From contig OZ176057.1 of the NCBI GenBank assembly GCA_964247055.1, positions 2,914,001-2,978,000 of the forward strand: DNA of 64,000 bases, written 5' to 3'. The stretch is from Paragordius varius (taxonomy: Eukaryota > Animalia > Nematomorpha). Positions 1 to 13,637 of this stretch are shown one piece after another. The translations under genes were made by a program, and so were the position numbers. Every line of letters begins with the position of its first letter. The stretch's first letter is position 1. The notes below the pieces were generated by a model. That model was not told the origin of the DNA, did not search any database, and saw only the letters and a list, made by a program, of their open reading frames with translations.

Positions 1-1172
1 ATAAAAATGGAAAATGCTGGCTTTGTGATCTGTTTCCGGAAAACCGGTAGACACATTCAAATCCAAATGTCAAAAAATATTCATTTCCCGACAATAGCTT
101 CGCCCTTTTTTAAAATTAGGCCCCTTCGGGCCCACCTTGTGTAAAAAACGTTTTTTTGAAAGTCCACAGTCTCTGAGACAATTTTCCGCAAAAGGTGTTG
201 GTCGATTTCAAATATGATTTTTTTACCTTTTCTCGATTGCCCCGAACATAGTGGGTTTACTTTTTTAATTTAGGCTCTCTTTTTACCCTCTTCCCCCGTA
301 AAATGCTATTTTTTTCAAAAAAAACTAAATAATTTTTTGTCGGGTATGAGACCGTTATTCAATGAAGATTCCAGGTATTCCCTATTAAAAGACAAAAATT
401 TTAGCCTTGCGTTTTTTAAATATTGGCTGCTAGGTAAACAGATAGCTGCTAGAACTGCTCTACTATACAGAAATTTCGTTTTTGGAACTAATTTACAGAA
501 AATTTATAAAGCCATATGAGCTTAAAAGCTTACCGTAACTAGGTAAAAATTAAGGTCGGGCTTATCAGCCGTTAATTTGGGGTCTTTATGCCCCCATCAT
601 ATAATTATTTACTGTTGAAGTATTTTTTTGAATAACCCATGAGACGATGGTATCAAAGATAATTCCAAATATTTGCCCTATAAAGGCAAAGAATTTAACT
701 CAGCACTTTTTCCATACTATGGGTAGGGGTTTCCAAAACAGAGACGCCATATAAAATGGCGTAGTTTTGGAGCTAATGTTCAAAAAACTTAAGGAGCCAT
801 ACGAGTTTAGTTAAACACACTGGATAATTTGTATAATATCATTCTCTCCTTTTAAAAGGGATCACAAATGATTTACTTTTTATAACCCTTGATCCCTTCT
901 GTGTGAACACAATTTCAAAATAGAACTTTTAACCATGATTTCGTAAAATAAAAATTTAAAATAAATCCAATGATAGTTGAATACTAACTTTAATAGGGAC
1001 AGTTTAAATATGGTCAATTTCGAGTAAACAATATTTGAGCCTATGCAAAAATTCGGAAAAGAATAATTAAAGACATTTGTTATTAAATATATTTTTTATT
1101 ATTTTTTTATCTTTATTAACTCTATATATTACAAATTATTAGGAATAAGCAAAGCGTAACAGGGCCAGCCAG
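1..1172 (+). mobile_element. Non-autonomous Helitron-like element, copy 1 (5' end just outside the window)
   Basis: Colinear with copies at 9603-10802 and 31257-33735. Starts ATAAAAATGGAAAATGCTGG (a few nt after the family TC start) and ends ...GCGTAACAGGGCCAGCCAG|T (CTAG mutated to CCAG). Confidence 0.7.
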
Positions 1173-1394
1173 TATCTTGGTTAAATTATTCAGAAAATGT
1201 TATAGAAATTTATAAAAAATGTAGATTTATTTTTGTCAATTTCTTAAAACCGAAATAATCCTGATAAATATTATCAACAATATTTCTAAGTGTTATTGCG
1301 AAGAAACTATTATTTTTTTCATATTTGTTGGGGTCGTGAAAGAAACACGCCATCATAAATGGGGTCGGGAACTACAAAAGTTTAATAAGCCCTG
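1173..1394 (+). mobile_element. Right arm of hAT (Charlie-like) MITE enclosing Helitron copy 1
   Basis: Ends AAGTTTAATAAGCCCTG, the reverse complement of the family TIR CAGGGCTTCTTAAACT. Followed by ATCTATAC (nTnTAnAn, hAT target-like). Homologous to 10803-11014 and 29121-29331. Confidence 0.7.
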
Positions 1395-1576
1395 ATCTAT
1401 ACTGTTTATATAATTAAACATATGCATATATTTTATTGTATATTAGGATATTCATGTGACCAACATTGCAACTGTAATAATTTAATCATAATAATATTAG
1501 TTATATTTATAGTAATTAAAACCACATAAAACTAATATATTTTCCAAAACCGTCTTGTTTTTCTAGTATTTAAACC

Positions 1577-1857
1577 CCAAGGATGTCCAATAAAAATGGT
1601 TTTATAGGCCACATTTTAAATCAAAAAATAATAATGGACATTAATAGATAAATATTTTATTAGATTTTAGACCTATATATAAAACCAACAATTTATTTTA
1701 ACATTTTCTCTACAAGTTGATTGTCAAAATTCGGAAAAATTTATCAGAAAATTTGTTCAGAAAATATTTTAGTCTTAGATTTCGTAATGTTATAATTTTT
1801 TTAAATTTTCGCGGGCCAAATGAAGTCTCACACGGTCGCGTATTGATAAACTCTAAT
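1577..1857 (-). mobile_element. Degenerate hAT MITE related to 47610-48650
   Basis: CAAGGATGTCCAA at the left end. The AAATTTTCGCGGGCCAAA and GGCCACATTTTAAATCAAAAA blocks match the reverse complement of the ends of the 47610-48650 element. Confidence 0.35.
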
Positions 1858-4046
1858 CTTACAACAATTTGATGTGAAATCCTTAAATCTAATATCAATG
1901 CAAATCTCCTGTTGTGTGGTATAAACCCGTACAAAAATTTAAAAAAAATTACAATATTTTGTTAATATGATCGGTGAAAAAATCGCTTGAAAGTATACCT
2001 TAAAAACAAATATAATACATTAATTATTCCCAAATATTTATCATACCTATATACAGAGTTATAAAAATGAAATTTAATATTAATTTATAAAATTAATTGA
2101 GAATTATTTGAAAGGTTTGTGAGTGTTTCACTCTTTTATCAAACTGTATATAATAATCCTTGTTGTCATCCGAGAATAATTTTTTGTGTAAAATAAACCT
2201 AGCAAACATTAATTTTAAAGAAAGACAATTATGTTAGGAATTTTTTTTTGAAATCAATTGATTTTAGATATATATAAATATTATAAGATTTTGTAAAAGA
2301 TCAAAAAGGTTATGTAGGGTTAATATTTCAATAACAGAAATTTATACGATAAAAATATACGGACAATTTTTTTTCTAAAATACAACCATACTATGTAAAT
2401 CTCGATTATAACTCGCTGTTTAGAATTGCAAAATATGAATTAGAGATGTATATTGGTAACATAATCAATTATTTATTATGATTGTAATTAAATAATTTAT
2501 TTGGGAAAAATTAAGAAAATTTTGGTTGTCTTTTGAAAAAAAATATTTGCCTATATATTTTTATGTTTTGTCCGTATAATTTTAATTTTACTCTAAATCA
2601 CTAATTATACCCGACATTTGCACAATATAAGGTTAAAAAAATAAAATCACACAAGTTATAATTTTTTATTCACATAATGTACGAAAAAGGGTTGTCTGCA
2701 AATATTTTTGTAAAATTTTTTGTAAAAAATGCAAAAAATTAAATATCCAACTAACGATTGCAAATTAAAAAAATGTTTTAATATCTTATTGGACTTGATC
2801 AATTTTTAACACTTCTGATCTTTTATGTATTGGTGTAGTTTATTTCCCAGTGTTAAATTTAGTAAATAAACTACTTAAAAAATATTTTAGGTTATTTATC
2901 AAATATTGTATTAGTGTATAAGCTGAAAAACTTACATTTTTTAGAGCTTTGTGGCTTCTACAGTTAAAAATTGAAACAGCTCCTAACCCTGAAACTAACA
3001 GCTTTTTATCAATAAATATATCAAGTTTCTGGGATTAAAATTCAATTCAAAAGCTGTTTAAAGTTATTATTTCATTTTCTAACCATATAAATTTACTGTG
3101 GCATTAGCGACATAAATATTAAGGAAAAAGTATTAGAGTATATAGTGAAGTTAGTTTATTGCAATCTTACATTTTTAAAAAGAAGATTTTTTGAATGTGG
3201 CTTAAAGGCGAAAGAAGGCAAATTTAATTTCCGCTAATACCCTAAAACTTTTTAAGATATTTACTGTTAAATCGTTCTGGGATATAAAACTATCCCAAAA
3301 GGTCATGGAGTATTAATATCAACTATCAAAAAATATATTGTCTGAAAAATTCAAGCCAACTCATTTTTTCCCATGATTTTACTATGCGAAAAAAATTTGG
3401 ATTTTACTACGGCTATTCATATATTTTATTTATAAATACTTAATTAAATTAGGACATAATATTTAACAGATTTTGGAGCTAAAATTTTTATAGTTTTTCT
3501 TTGATTTTTTTATGACATAAATATATTTTACATTTACTATATTTAGATCGAAATCGGCGAAGAAATGGTATAAAATAAATATTAAATTTAATTGACTCAT
3601 CATTGTAGAGGCAATTCATTCAATATAATTTCAATATTAAAAAGAAAGCATCTCAAAACCGCAATGGATATTGAAAAAAATTTTACTGCCAAAATTTTGG
3701 ATCAGCAATCGTTTTTTGAAAAAACATTAAAATTGATTTTAAAATCTTGGTTATTTAATTTTAACAATTTAATTTTATGATATTGTTTTTTATATAATCC
3801 AAATTAAATAAGAAAATTAAAAAAAATGGCTTAAAGCCAACCCGTTTAAATAAACAATGGAACTGGAATTAAAACATTTTTTCGCAAAATATGGAAACGC
3901 GGAATCCAAAAATAAAAAATACTAAAACTGTAATCCGACAAATAAAATAAATTCCAGATATATATATATATATATATATTCAATCCCATTTATTTGTTTA
4001 AACATGTGTGTCTTTTTATTTGATAGATGATGATGATAAGGAGGAT

Positions 4047-7000
4047 ATGGGATTGAAGTTTCTCATGACAGTGTTGCATTTTTTGAGTAATATATTACGA
4101 AACATTTATCATTATACCCGATTAAATTTTTTGGCGTCATGTAAAAAAATGAGAATTATCTAAAAATTGTCAGTGGGGCTTTCAAATAAAATTCTTCACA
4201 GACTCCAATTATTTTGAAATTTTTGGGGTTTTTGTATTTTATTGGCCCTAAAATATTTTGACACATTATTTGTAAAAGGTTTGTGGGTCCTGTGGTTTAC
4301 TTACAGGGCATACCTCGAAACCAATCAATAAAGAAGGAATTTTAAGTTTATTTCTGTTTTAGTGTTTGAATTATTTGATCTATAAAAAAAATTAAGGTGT
4401 AAAAACAATATTTTTTGTTGTCCTATTGTAAATAGGGGCCTATTACACCAATTTCATAAGTTATTTAAAAAATCTTATCTGATCATGTAAACTAAATTTA
4501 AGGCGTACAACTAAATAATGGATATAATTTAGACAAAGGCAGCACACGGCCATCAAAATGGCTACCCGTGCGAAATCTTATCCATTACTATCAAAACTAT
4601 GCTCACAAAGTTTTAGCCGAATTCGTGTTTCTTAAACATTTTAACAAATAAGGTCTATAAAATTGACAAGAATTAGATCAAGTTGTCATATTCTGTTAGC
4701 ATTTTACAAAGTTATTGTAACTAATAAAATTATCTTAAATGCTTATATATTTTTATGTGTGGAATATGATATATAGCGGCATGCAATGTCATTTATGTTG
4801 GACACCCCTATTTTATTTACATGTCTTTATATATTTTTATTTTTCTTCCTTTTATATTAGCAATGTTAAATCACCAAAGCCAACCAAGTCCTGGAACAGG
4901 AGGTATGATGTTATTCATTATAGTTTTAATTGTTAAATTTTTATTTAATGTGCCTGATATCTACTTTTTTACGGATCAATATAATTTTCAATCGTATCAG
5001 GTGTTTTGTTTTGCTGTTTAATATTCACCATTTTTTCCATAACAATATGGTCCATCCTTTTATACCACATGGCCCAATCAAAAACCATATTGCACAAATA
5101 TCAAAACTGGACCCAGGACCCCAAAAACCGGTTTTTGGTTTTTCATGAAACTGTTGTTCCATGATAAATAACGGAACCGAAACAATTTTTAAGTTTAAGA
5201 GCCGTTTTAGAACAGGTACCACTTTATTTATAACCGGTTTTAGAACCGATAAAAATGAAAGAAACGAAATCAGTTAGACTTTGAAAATCGTTTTGTACCC
5301 GGTTTCAAATTTAAACTTGGGTTCCACTAAGCACTGATAAATTTATATATTTGGATATTTTTCAAAGCAATTATTTGAAATCATGTTAACTAACCAAGTC
5401 TTTTTCAAACAAAATTGTTTTTTATATACAATCATTTTCTTTTTTAATTATTTTAGTTTTTCGTGTTATAAGCTATTTCATTTTTTCGAATTTATAGTAA
5501 TTTTAAATAATTAAATTTTACGAGAAAAATGTTTAGATACAGTTATAATATCAACGTTTCCATTCATTACTTGGCAACTCAAAACAATTTTAATTTAAAT
5601 ATTATAGTTATAAAAATGTTGTTTTTCCAAATTATATTTTTTAAATTATATAAAAAATTATTTTTTAAGTTTTTTGGAAAAAATATGTGACTATTGATCT
5701 GACTAGAGGAGATAAACTAGTAGTTAACATTCGGCCCTCTAAGACTTTTGTGCGTGAAAGTTTTGGAATCGAATAATTTGTAAAAACATGCGCATATAAT
5801 CTTAGTAAAATTGATAATTTAAAGACATTTTTTTCCAAATTACCAAATAGCAAGAACTAGAAAACATTATTACATTCACTTAATATTTTGCAATCTTATG
5901 TTCAAAATCTGATAAATTTTATAAAAATGCCCATATATATATATATATATATATATATTACCAACTGTTTGAGCTAAGTTGGACATCCCTGACATAAACT
6001 ATTGCACTATAGTTCCTTCATCAAATTAGATTGGATAGTTGCCTAAAACTTATATTAAATTAAATTAAAATAAATCAAATAAAAATCCGAAATCAAACAA
6101 GCATATTAATAATTATCCAATTATTACATTGATAAAAAATAAAAATATCCTAAAGATTGATAATATTTTATGGATTACCTAAAAATTAACAATTATATAT
6201 CGTTTAATGCGTTAATTCTGCTATTAATAAATATATAATTTAAAATTAATTTTTACAAGCCATGGTCGTAAAATAATTTATTTAATCCTAAACACAATAT
6301 GACTAATAATTACTTCACCAATCTTAATTAATATGTTATCGAAATTTGAAAAAAAAATTCACAAAATTTGTTTAAAAAATATAATAAAAGGTCAGAAATA
6401 TTAATTTTTACAAATATTTAGTATATATGTCACATCTTGGAGGGCTGAATGTCGCCTAAAGAGGGATTTTAAAGTACCAGTTTAATGATTTGCATTTTAA
6501 ATGTTTGATATACCATTTACAAATCAAATTCACCCTTAAAAAATTCTTCAATCTTGAACAATTCAAACACACTTTTGAACGATTCAGATTCACCCTCAAA
6601 TAATATATATATATATATATATATATATGTTTAAGATTATAATTTACCCATATTTTTATATATTTTATATTTTTATATTTATAATATGGGAATCATAAGA
6701 ATCCTTTTCTGTATATATTTTTAGGTGTCAATCCTCACAGTGGTTTAGGTGGACATGGCGGCGTCTTTGATATTTTTTCAAGCCGTATATTATCTTATTA
6801 TTTAATTATTAATAGTTTTTATTTTAACAACAATTTATATATTATCTTGTATTATATTACAGTTTTCGGCATGGGTAAGAAAGAAATTTTATATGATATT
6901 TATGTCTTATGATGCAAAAATTTACCAAATAGTACTAAAACACATAATAAGTAATGTGATTAAGTTTAATCAATATTTCAACGAAAATTGCATTATCCTT

Positions 7001-8172
7001 TCTTTTGTGAATCTATTTAGGTCATTCTACCGGCCTTTATAATATCATTCCGAGTAGTATTGACAAAAAGTTTAGGAATAAATATTTTTAGGACATTCTG
7101 CGTAATCGTAAACAATATTTCTAAAATTGTCACTTGCGTCAAAGTCTTTGATAGAAACAATATATTTAGCAAAATTTTTGACACTATACTATGGAGATTG
7201 TATTTAAGTGCATATTTTACAGCGTAGTTAATGAGGGGAAAGGAATAGGGGGTGATGTTCGGGGCAATAGGTGATGAGGAGCTGAAATATTATTAAATTT
7301 TAATTCATTAAAAAATATAATTTAAAAGTTATATTTTAAAATACATAAAAAATCACCTATTTATGAATACGGTTTGAAGTTGTTAATGTTGTATTTAAAT
7401 TGACAGTGGTTGCATGGTGGGGAGACGGTTCCCTCACGGATTCACCCACGGGGCGCAATAAATTCTACCCACGCCTCTAATAGTTTAAACAAACTTTGTT
7501 CTTAAAAAATTTTAATACAAACTTAATTTCACTCTTTTTCTGTTTTGTTTTGTGTTAATACAACAAGCCAATATATTTTTAATAAGGTTAAAAAATGAAA
7601 TATTTTAACTTTAAAAAGTTTGTATACATTTAGCAGCAATTTCTGATTTTCTTATGAACAGCCACTTGGTTCATTCCATTTTTAACTATTATAATTTTGG
7701 TGGCAAAAAGTTGAAAAACTGTAAAATACTTAGATTTTTGATCTAATACCAGCCGCCGATGTTTTATAACTCTATTTTAATTAAAGGTCTTTAAAATAGT
7801 AATTAAATTACTAATGCTACAGCTCTGATACCAAAATCCCAAAATGTTATCGCCTACAAAAAAAAGGGAAAAAAGTGTTACTAAACATTGTCAAATAAAA
7901 TTGCTAACCAGAATTGGTGCCAATATAGCTTTTTTGCTTGGGTTTATTTATATTTCTCACTCTGTAACAGTAAAACTAATTAGTTCTAAAAGTTTAATAT
8001 AAATTTTAGGTAACCCTCATGGTGGTGGGTACGGTGGTCAAAGCAGCTCGAATATCTTTAAATGTATGTATTATTTCACAAATAATTTAAGTTTACACAA
8101 TTTTTAATATATTATTAATTTTTTTATATATTATACTTATATATAGTTATAAGCATGATGGGTAATTATTTT

Positions 8173-8213
<41 letters not shown>

Positions 8214-8968
8214 TATTTTACATACATAAGTTATATTGTGTATAAATCAAATTATTTTTCAGTTTGAAATTTTTTGACTGACATTAAGGGTTTTAAAACA
8301 TACATATAAATAACCATTTACAATTCAAATTTATCCTCGAACAATTCAAATTTACCCTCGAACAATTCAAATTTACCCTAATTCAATTTCATCCAAAATA
8401 TAAATTATGTGTTTTCGGACTTATATCAGTAATTCTTACTACTAAATATCTCATTATTATAATATTAGTTTATTATTTTTTCAGTATTATAGGAAACAAA
8501 ATTTTATTTTTTTAAATTATGGAAAAATAGAGGTAATGTTTTATCTTAAAAACTTATATATTTTAGGATAAAACTAAATTGATAGAGGGTATATTTTTAA
8601 TTGTTTAAGGTCGAATTTGAATTGTTCAAGAGTAAATTTGGTTTTTTTATTGTGACAACATCTATTAAATTTGCATATGATTAAACATTTAACCTGGAAT
8701 TAAATCAAATTATTCGCAAAAACATAAACTATCGACATTAATTTGATTGAGTGTGTTCCACCTTACCCCTTGTATTCCTTTATATTTTGTGAATCAATGA
8801 TAATATTAATTATTACGACATATTATATATATATCTATGTTTATTTTAAAATGCTCTTTTAGGTAAAAAGAAATAATGATATTTAACAAGTAAAGAATTT
8901 TTTTTGAATATATAAAATACTTGAATTTTTTTACGCCATATTTTAATTTTCATTTAGACTGGGAATGA
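4047..8968 (+). CDS. Micro-exon gene: small Gly/His-rich, probably secreted protein (~83 aa)
   Basis: Exons 4047(or 4027)-4086, 4861-4902 (42 nt), 6725-6784 (60), 6863-6874 (12), 7021-7053 (33), 8010-8063 (54), 8958-8968. All introns are GT-AG and phase 1. Spliced frame: MGLKFLMTVLHFLTMLNHQSQPSPGTGGVNPHSGLGGHGGVFDIFSSLFGMGHSTGLYNIIPSNPHGGGYGGQSSSNIFKYWE*. First and last exons are the least certain. Confidence 0.55.
5100..5336. mobile_element. GGAACC/AACCG-rich subterminal region and end of a hAT-type element
   Basis: Repeated AACCG/CGGTT motifs ending in CTAAGCACTG, similar to the TAAGCCCTG end at 35511-35519. Confidence 0.3.
8313..8640. mobile_element. MITE with CCATTTACA TIR and 20-bp subterminal repeats (ACAATTCAAATTTACCCTCG)
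   Basis: Three tandem 20-bp units at 8320-8385 and inverted units at 8590-8640. Same family at ~6513-6600, 16150-16448, 61780-61848 and 62051-62256. Confidence 0.5.
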
Positions 8969-9077
8969 CAATCATTTGAAAAAAAACCTGACCTCTATAT
9001 ATTGCTCATGCACATCACATAATGATTTTGTATAAACATTCGTTGTGTTTTTTTCCTTAATAAATAATGTCATCTTA

Positions 9078-9112
<35 letters not shown>

Positions 9113-9118
<6 letters not shown>

Positions 9119-9270
9119 AATCTCAGGCTGCTACCAGCCCGAGGAAGTCCTTTGAACTTGTTGGGAGGGCAAATATGTAGCCTTTATAGGTGTATGCCCT
9201 CATAATTTTGGCAAAAAATAGCCTCAGAAACATATTATTAGCGGTTTTAAGGGTATAAAGGCCAAAAGTA
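9113..9270 (-). mobile_element. Isolated Helitron-type 3' end (alternative terminus family)
   Basis: CGTAAATCTCAGGCTGCTACCAGCCCGAGGAAGTCC is a diverged copy of the hairpin terminus at 20085-20148. Confidence 0.4.
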
Positions 9271-9426
9271 CAACAAATTAAACAATGTTAACAAAAAATA
9301 TTTATTCAACAATGATCTTGTAAAAAAATAAGCAATTATTGGGTGAAAGCAAAAAAAACTTTATTTTTGACATCAGGTTACAAATAATAAAAAAGACATG
9401 TTTAATATTGTCCTTATGGTGTAAAG

Positions 9427-11014
9427 AAGCGCTTCTTAAACTATGGGTCGCGACCCCATTTGGGGTCGCGAGTGAAGAAAATACAATTTAACAAAAAATT
9501 TATAACTTGTAAAGTTATTGTTATAAAGAAAATCATCGTAGATAAATATATCTAAAATCTTCTGGTTCGAAAAGACTGTCTATGCCAGCATTTCTATTAT
9601 GATCATTATAATATATATATTTATAAAAATGGAAAATGCTGGGTTTATGATCTGTTTCCGGAAAACCGTTAGACCCATTCAAATCCAAATGTTGGAAGAT
9701 GTCATCATTTATAAATGCTCCGACAATAGCTTTGTCCTTTTTTTGAATTAGGCTCCCAGTTCGGGCCCAGCCTGTGAAAAACGAGTTTTTCAAATATGAT
9801 TATTTTTACTTTTTTTCGATTGCGCCGAACCTAGTCGGCTTATTTTTTAATTTAAGCTCTCTTTTTCCCCGTTCCCCCCATAAAATGCCATTTTTTCAAA
9901 AAAACGAAATAATTTTTGGCCAGGGTATGAGACCGTTAAATTCACTGAGGATTCGAGTTATTCTCTGTTAAAAGGCAAAAATTTTAGTCTTGCGTTTTTT
10001 TTAATATTGGCTGCTGGGTAAACAGATAGCCGCTAAAACTGCGCCACTATATAGAAATTACGTTGTTTTGGAGCTAATTTACAGAAAATTTTTGAAACCA
10101 TATGAGCTCATAAATAGCTTAAAATATTACTTGTAATTAGGTAAAAACTAAGGTCGGGTTTTTTATTAGACTTTAATTTGAGACCTTTATGCCCTAAAAC
10201 GCCATCATATAACGATTATTTAGTGTTGAAGTATTTTTCCGAATCCATGAGACGATAATCTCAAAGATGATTCCAAATGTTTGCCGTATAAAGGCAAAGA
10301 ATTTAATTCAGCCCTCTTTCCATATAGGTCTATGGGTAGGGGTCTACCGGTTTAAAACTGAGACGCCACACAAAATAGGCGTAGCTTTGGAGCTAATTTT
10401 TAAAAAACCTAAGAATCATACGAGTTCAGTTAACATTTCTGGGAAATTTATATAATAACATTCTTTCCTTTAAAAAGAGACCACAAATGATTTACTATTT
10501 ATATCCCTTGATCCCAGCTGTATGAACACAATTTCAAATTAGAACTTATACCCATGATTTCGTAACGCAAATCCTAAAATAAATCCAATGATAGTTGAAA
10601 ACTTTAATAAGGGACAGATTAAATATGGTCGATTTCGAGTATACAATATTTCAGCCTTAGCAAAAATCCGAAGAATAAATAAAAATATTCATTATAAAAT
10701 ATGTTTATTATTATTTTTATCTCCATTAACTCTAATTATTGCAAGCTAAAGAATAATTATCGGTGAGACTACGCCACACCGAAGCGTGACAAGGCCAGCT
10801 AGTATCATTAACTATAATGTTAAAGAAATTTATAAAAAATGTAGATTTATTTTGTCAATCTCTTAAAACCGAAATAACCCTGATAAATATTATCAACAAC
10901 ATTTCTAAGTTTTATTTTGAATAAACTATTATTTTTCTTTTATATTTGTTGGGGTCGTTAAGAAACTCGCAATCATAAATGGGGTCGGGAACTACAAAAG
11001 TTTAAGAAGCCCTG
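9427..11014 (+). mobile_element. Composite hAT MITE carrying a Helitron, with perfect 8-bp TSD
   Basis: TIRs AAGCGCTTCTTAAACT...AGTTTAAGAAGCCCTG. GTGTAAAG is duplicated at 9419-9426 and 11015-11022. Subterminal GGGTCGCGACCCC palindrome typical of Charlie-like hAT MITEs. Confidence 0.85.
9603..10802 (+). mobile_element. Non-autonomous Helitron-like element, copy 2 (nested in hAT MITE)
   Basis: A|TC 5' end followed by TATATTTATAAAAATGG. 3' end GGCCAGCTAG|T. No TSD. Confidence 0.8.
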
Positions 11015-11184
11015 GTGTAAAGAGGTTTGACTTACACACATTTGTAAAATTCCTATATATAATATATATATATTAATGCATAACCTGTGATGCAGTTGAT
11101 CACTGTAATGAATGTAATATGTCCTTATGGATTAGGTATATATGGCTTAAATTGGAATATCCTAATTAAAATAGCTTAACCTTT

Positions 11185-12755
11185 TTTCAGGGCGTAAATC
11201 TTTACTTAGCGACTTATTGAATAACCTCCTATACTAAAATATTTGTTTTTTAAGGGGTAATAAATATTTTAGGTCCTTATTGAACTCACATAGTCTCATA
11301 GTTTTTCTGAAATTTGGCTCCAAGGGCATGCTGTATCGATATAGGGACTAAGTTTTTGGGGGGTAGCCCACTAACCAAGGGCGAAACAAAACGGTGGAAT
11401 AAAATTTTTGGCTTAATTTGGGTAATACCTAGAATCATGATTGATTTCATATGCTCTCGTGGGATTTTAGAAAAATTGCCTCAAAACCAAAAATTCAACC
11501 TATGGTGGCGCATTTTTTGGGGCATAAAGGCCCCAAAACGGCTAATAAAAAAAGGCTGACCTTAATTTTTACCTAATTACGGGTATTTCAAACTTTAATG
11601 AGCTCATATGGATTCATAAATTTGTCCAAAACAACGCAGTTTCTATATAGTGGCGCATTTGGCGGATAGCTCCTTACTAAGGGGTAGGTATAAAGAAAGC
11701 GTTGGGTAAAACTTTTGCCTTTATATGAAAAACATCTGGAATTATCATGAATTCCATATGTTCCTATAAGTTCTTAGAAATATTGCTTCAAAATTAAAAA
11801 ATGTTCTATGGCAGCGCATTTTTCAGGTCGTAAAGGTAAAACGGCTAATTTGAAAAAACCGCTGACTAAAATTTTTGCCTCTTTACGGTTAATATTTCAG
11901 GCTCTTATTAAACTTATATGTGATAAGTTTTCTGAAAATTAACTCCTAAACAACGCAATTTCGATATGGTGGCGCAGTTTTAGGTACAAAAGAAGCGCTT
12001 GATTAAAATTTTTGCCTTTTTACGGAGAATACCTGGAATTATGATTGATTCCATATTCTCTCATTAGTTTTTGGAAAAATTGCCTCAAAACTGAAAACTC
12101 ATTCTATGGTGGCGCATTTTTCAGGGCGTGAAGGGAATTAACGACTGATTTTAAAAAACCTGACGTAAATTTTTGGTATATTTTAAGCACCTATTTAACT
12201 CATATGGCCTGATAGGTTTTCTGAAATTTAGCCCCAATGGCACGCTATTTCAATATGACGCCGCAGTTTTTAGCGGGTATCTGTTTACCCAGCAGTTAAT
12301 ATAAAAAAATGCACGACTAATTTTGCCTTTTAACAGGGATTACCTGGAATCTTCATTAAATTTTTACAGTCTCATACCTTGGGCGAAAATTAGATTTAAA
12401 AAATTATTTTTGTGGAATTGGTTTTTTGAAAAAATGCATTTTACGGGGGTAGCGGGTAAAAAAGGCGAGCCGACTATGTTTGGCGCAATTGAAAAAAAGT
12501 AAAAAAAATTATATTTGAAATCAAATGGTCCAGCACGTTTTCCTGAAAATTGTCTCAAAGACACGAAAAAAACTGTTTTTACACGGTGTGGGCTCGAATT
12601 GGGGGCCTATTACAAAAAAGAGCCAATCTATTGTCTAAGCATTCATTAATCATTATATTTTTTCGACATTTGGATTTGAATGGGTTAATCGGTTTTCCGG
12701 AAACTGATCACAACGCCAGGATTTTCCATTTATATATATATATAAATATACATGA
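11185..12755 (-). mobile_element. Non-autonomous Helitron-like element, copy 3 (3'-truncated)
   Basis: Reverse-complement match to the family 5' end at 12700-12755 (A|TC). Several internal ~155/310-bp repeat units. No CTAG end found; left boundary is approximate. Confidence 0.7.
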
Positions 12756-13637
12756 TATTATATTACATGATTAAATAAATTTTAGTTTGAATAAAGCAAA
12801 GACATTTAATTGAGAAGATACAATCAAACACATTGATTTCAGATTTATTAATTTTTGACTTAATAAAACTTGGCATAAGTAGGGATATTATAGACACAAA
12901 GGTATATAAAGGTCGAAACACATACGTATGGAGTAAAACAATATTAGTCCATAAAAGAATAAAAAATGTTATTTTAAAAGACAAGGGGATATTATGGATA
13001 TGTATACAACTAGGCTTGTTTTTTTAAAAAAAACATTTTTTTATTCTTTTTTGCACTAATATTGTTTTATGCCATACACTACTGTAATGCAAATCTGTTC
13101 TATAAATAAATATTTAAATAAAATTCTATATGTTAATTATAATAGACGTAACTGGAAGGATGTAATTATTATTGTACTTCGAAAATTAATATTATAAAAA
13201 TATTAAATTTATTTATAAACGCCTAAAACATTTATTGATTAATAATCATGGAGATTATATCGTGACGGAATTTCTAATTTATTCCAGTTTTAGGACAATA
13301 AAATAATATTAAATTTAATAGATATTCTGTGACCTTCGAAAAATGTGAAATGTGGGCCACTTTTTAAGCTATATATGGGCTTCGCATTAAATTAATCAAA
13401 GTGTTGTACACCCTTGAGACTTCATTTTTGTGAGTTTTTGGGGTATAAATATTTACCCGAGACCTAAAGGTAGTAATCAAATTTCTGTTTAAAAAGTTGT
13501 TTTATTTAAAACTTAATTGTTATAAAACTCTCTTATTCTATATCAAATAAAAATAACTTATTATTTACAGTCTTTTGAATTCTAGAGCATATTATAGTAG
13601 CCTTAAAACAAGATTAAAACGAGCAGCTGATACCCAA

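Noticed and set aside
6725-6874. DnaJ/Hsp40 call from the GGVFDIFSSLFG (G/F-rich, DIF-like) motif
   Set aside because: No J-domain or HPD motif was found in compatible exons, and the product is short with a hydrophobic N-terminus.
13369-13637. Upstream open exons (13369-13429, 13571-13637) reading ...RLKRAADTQ as extra coding sequence
   Set aside because: The splice signals are good, but no start codon was found, and translating them would bury the signal peptide at 13638. More likely 5' UTR; left uncalled.
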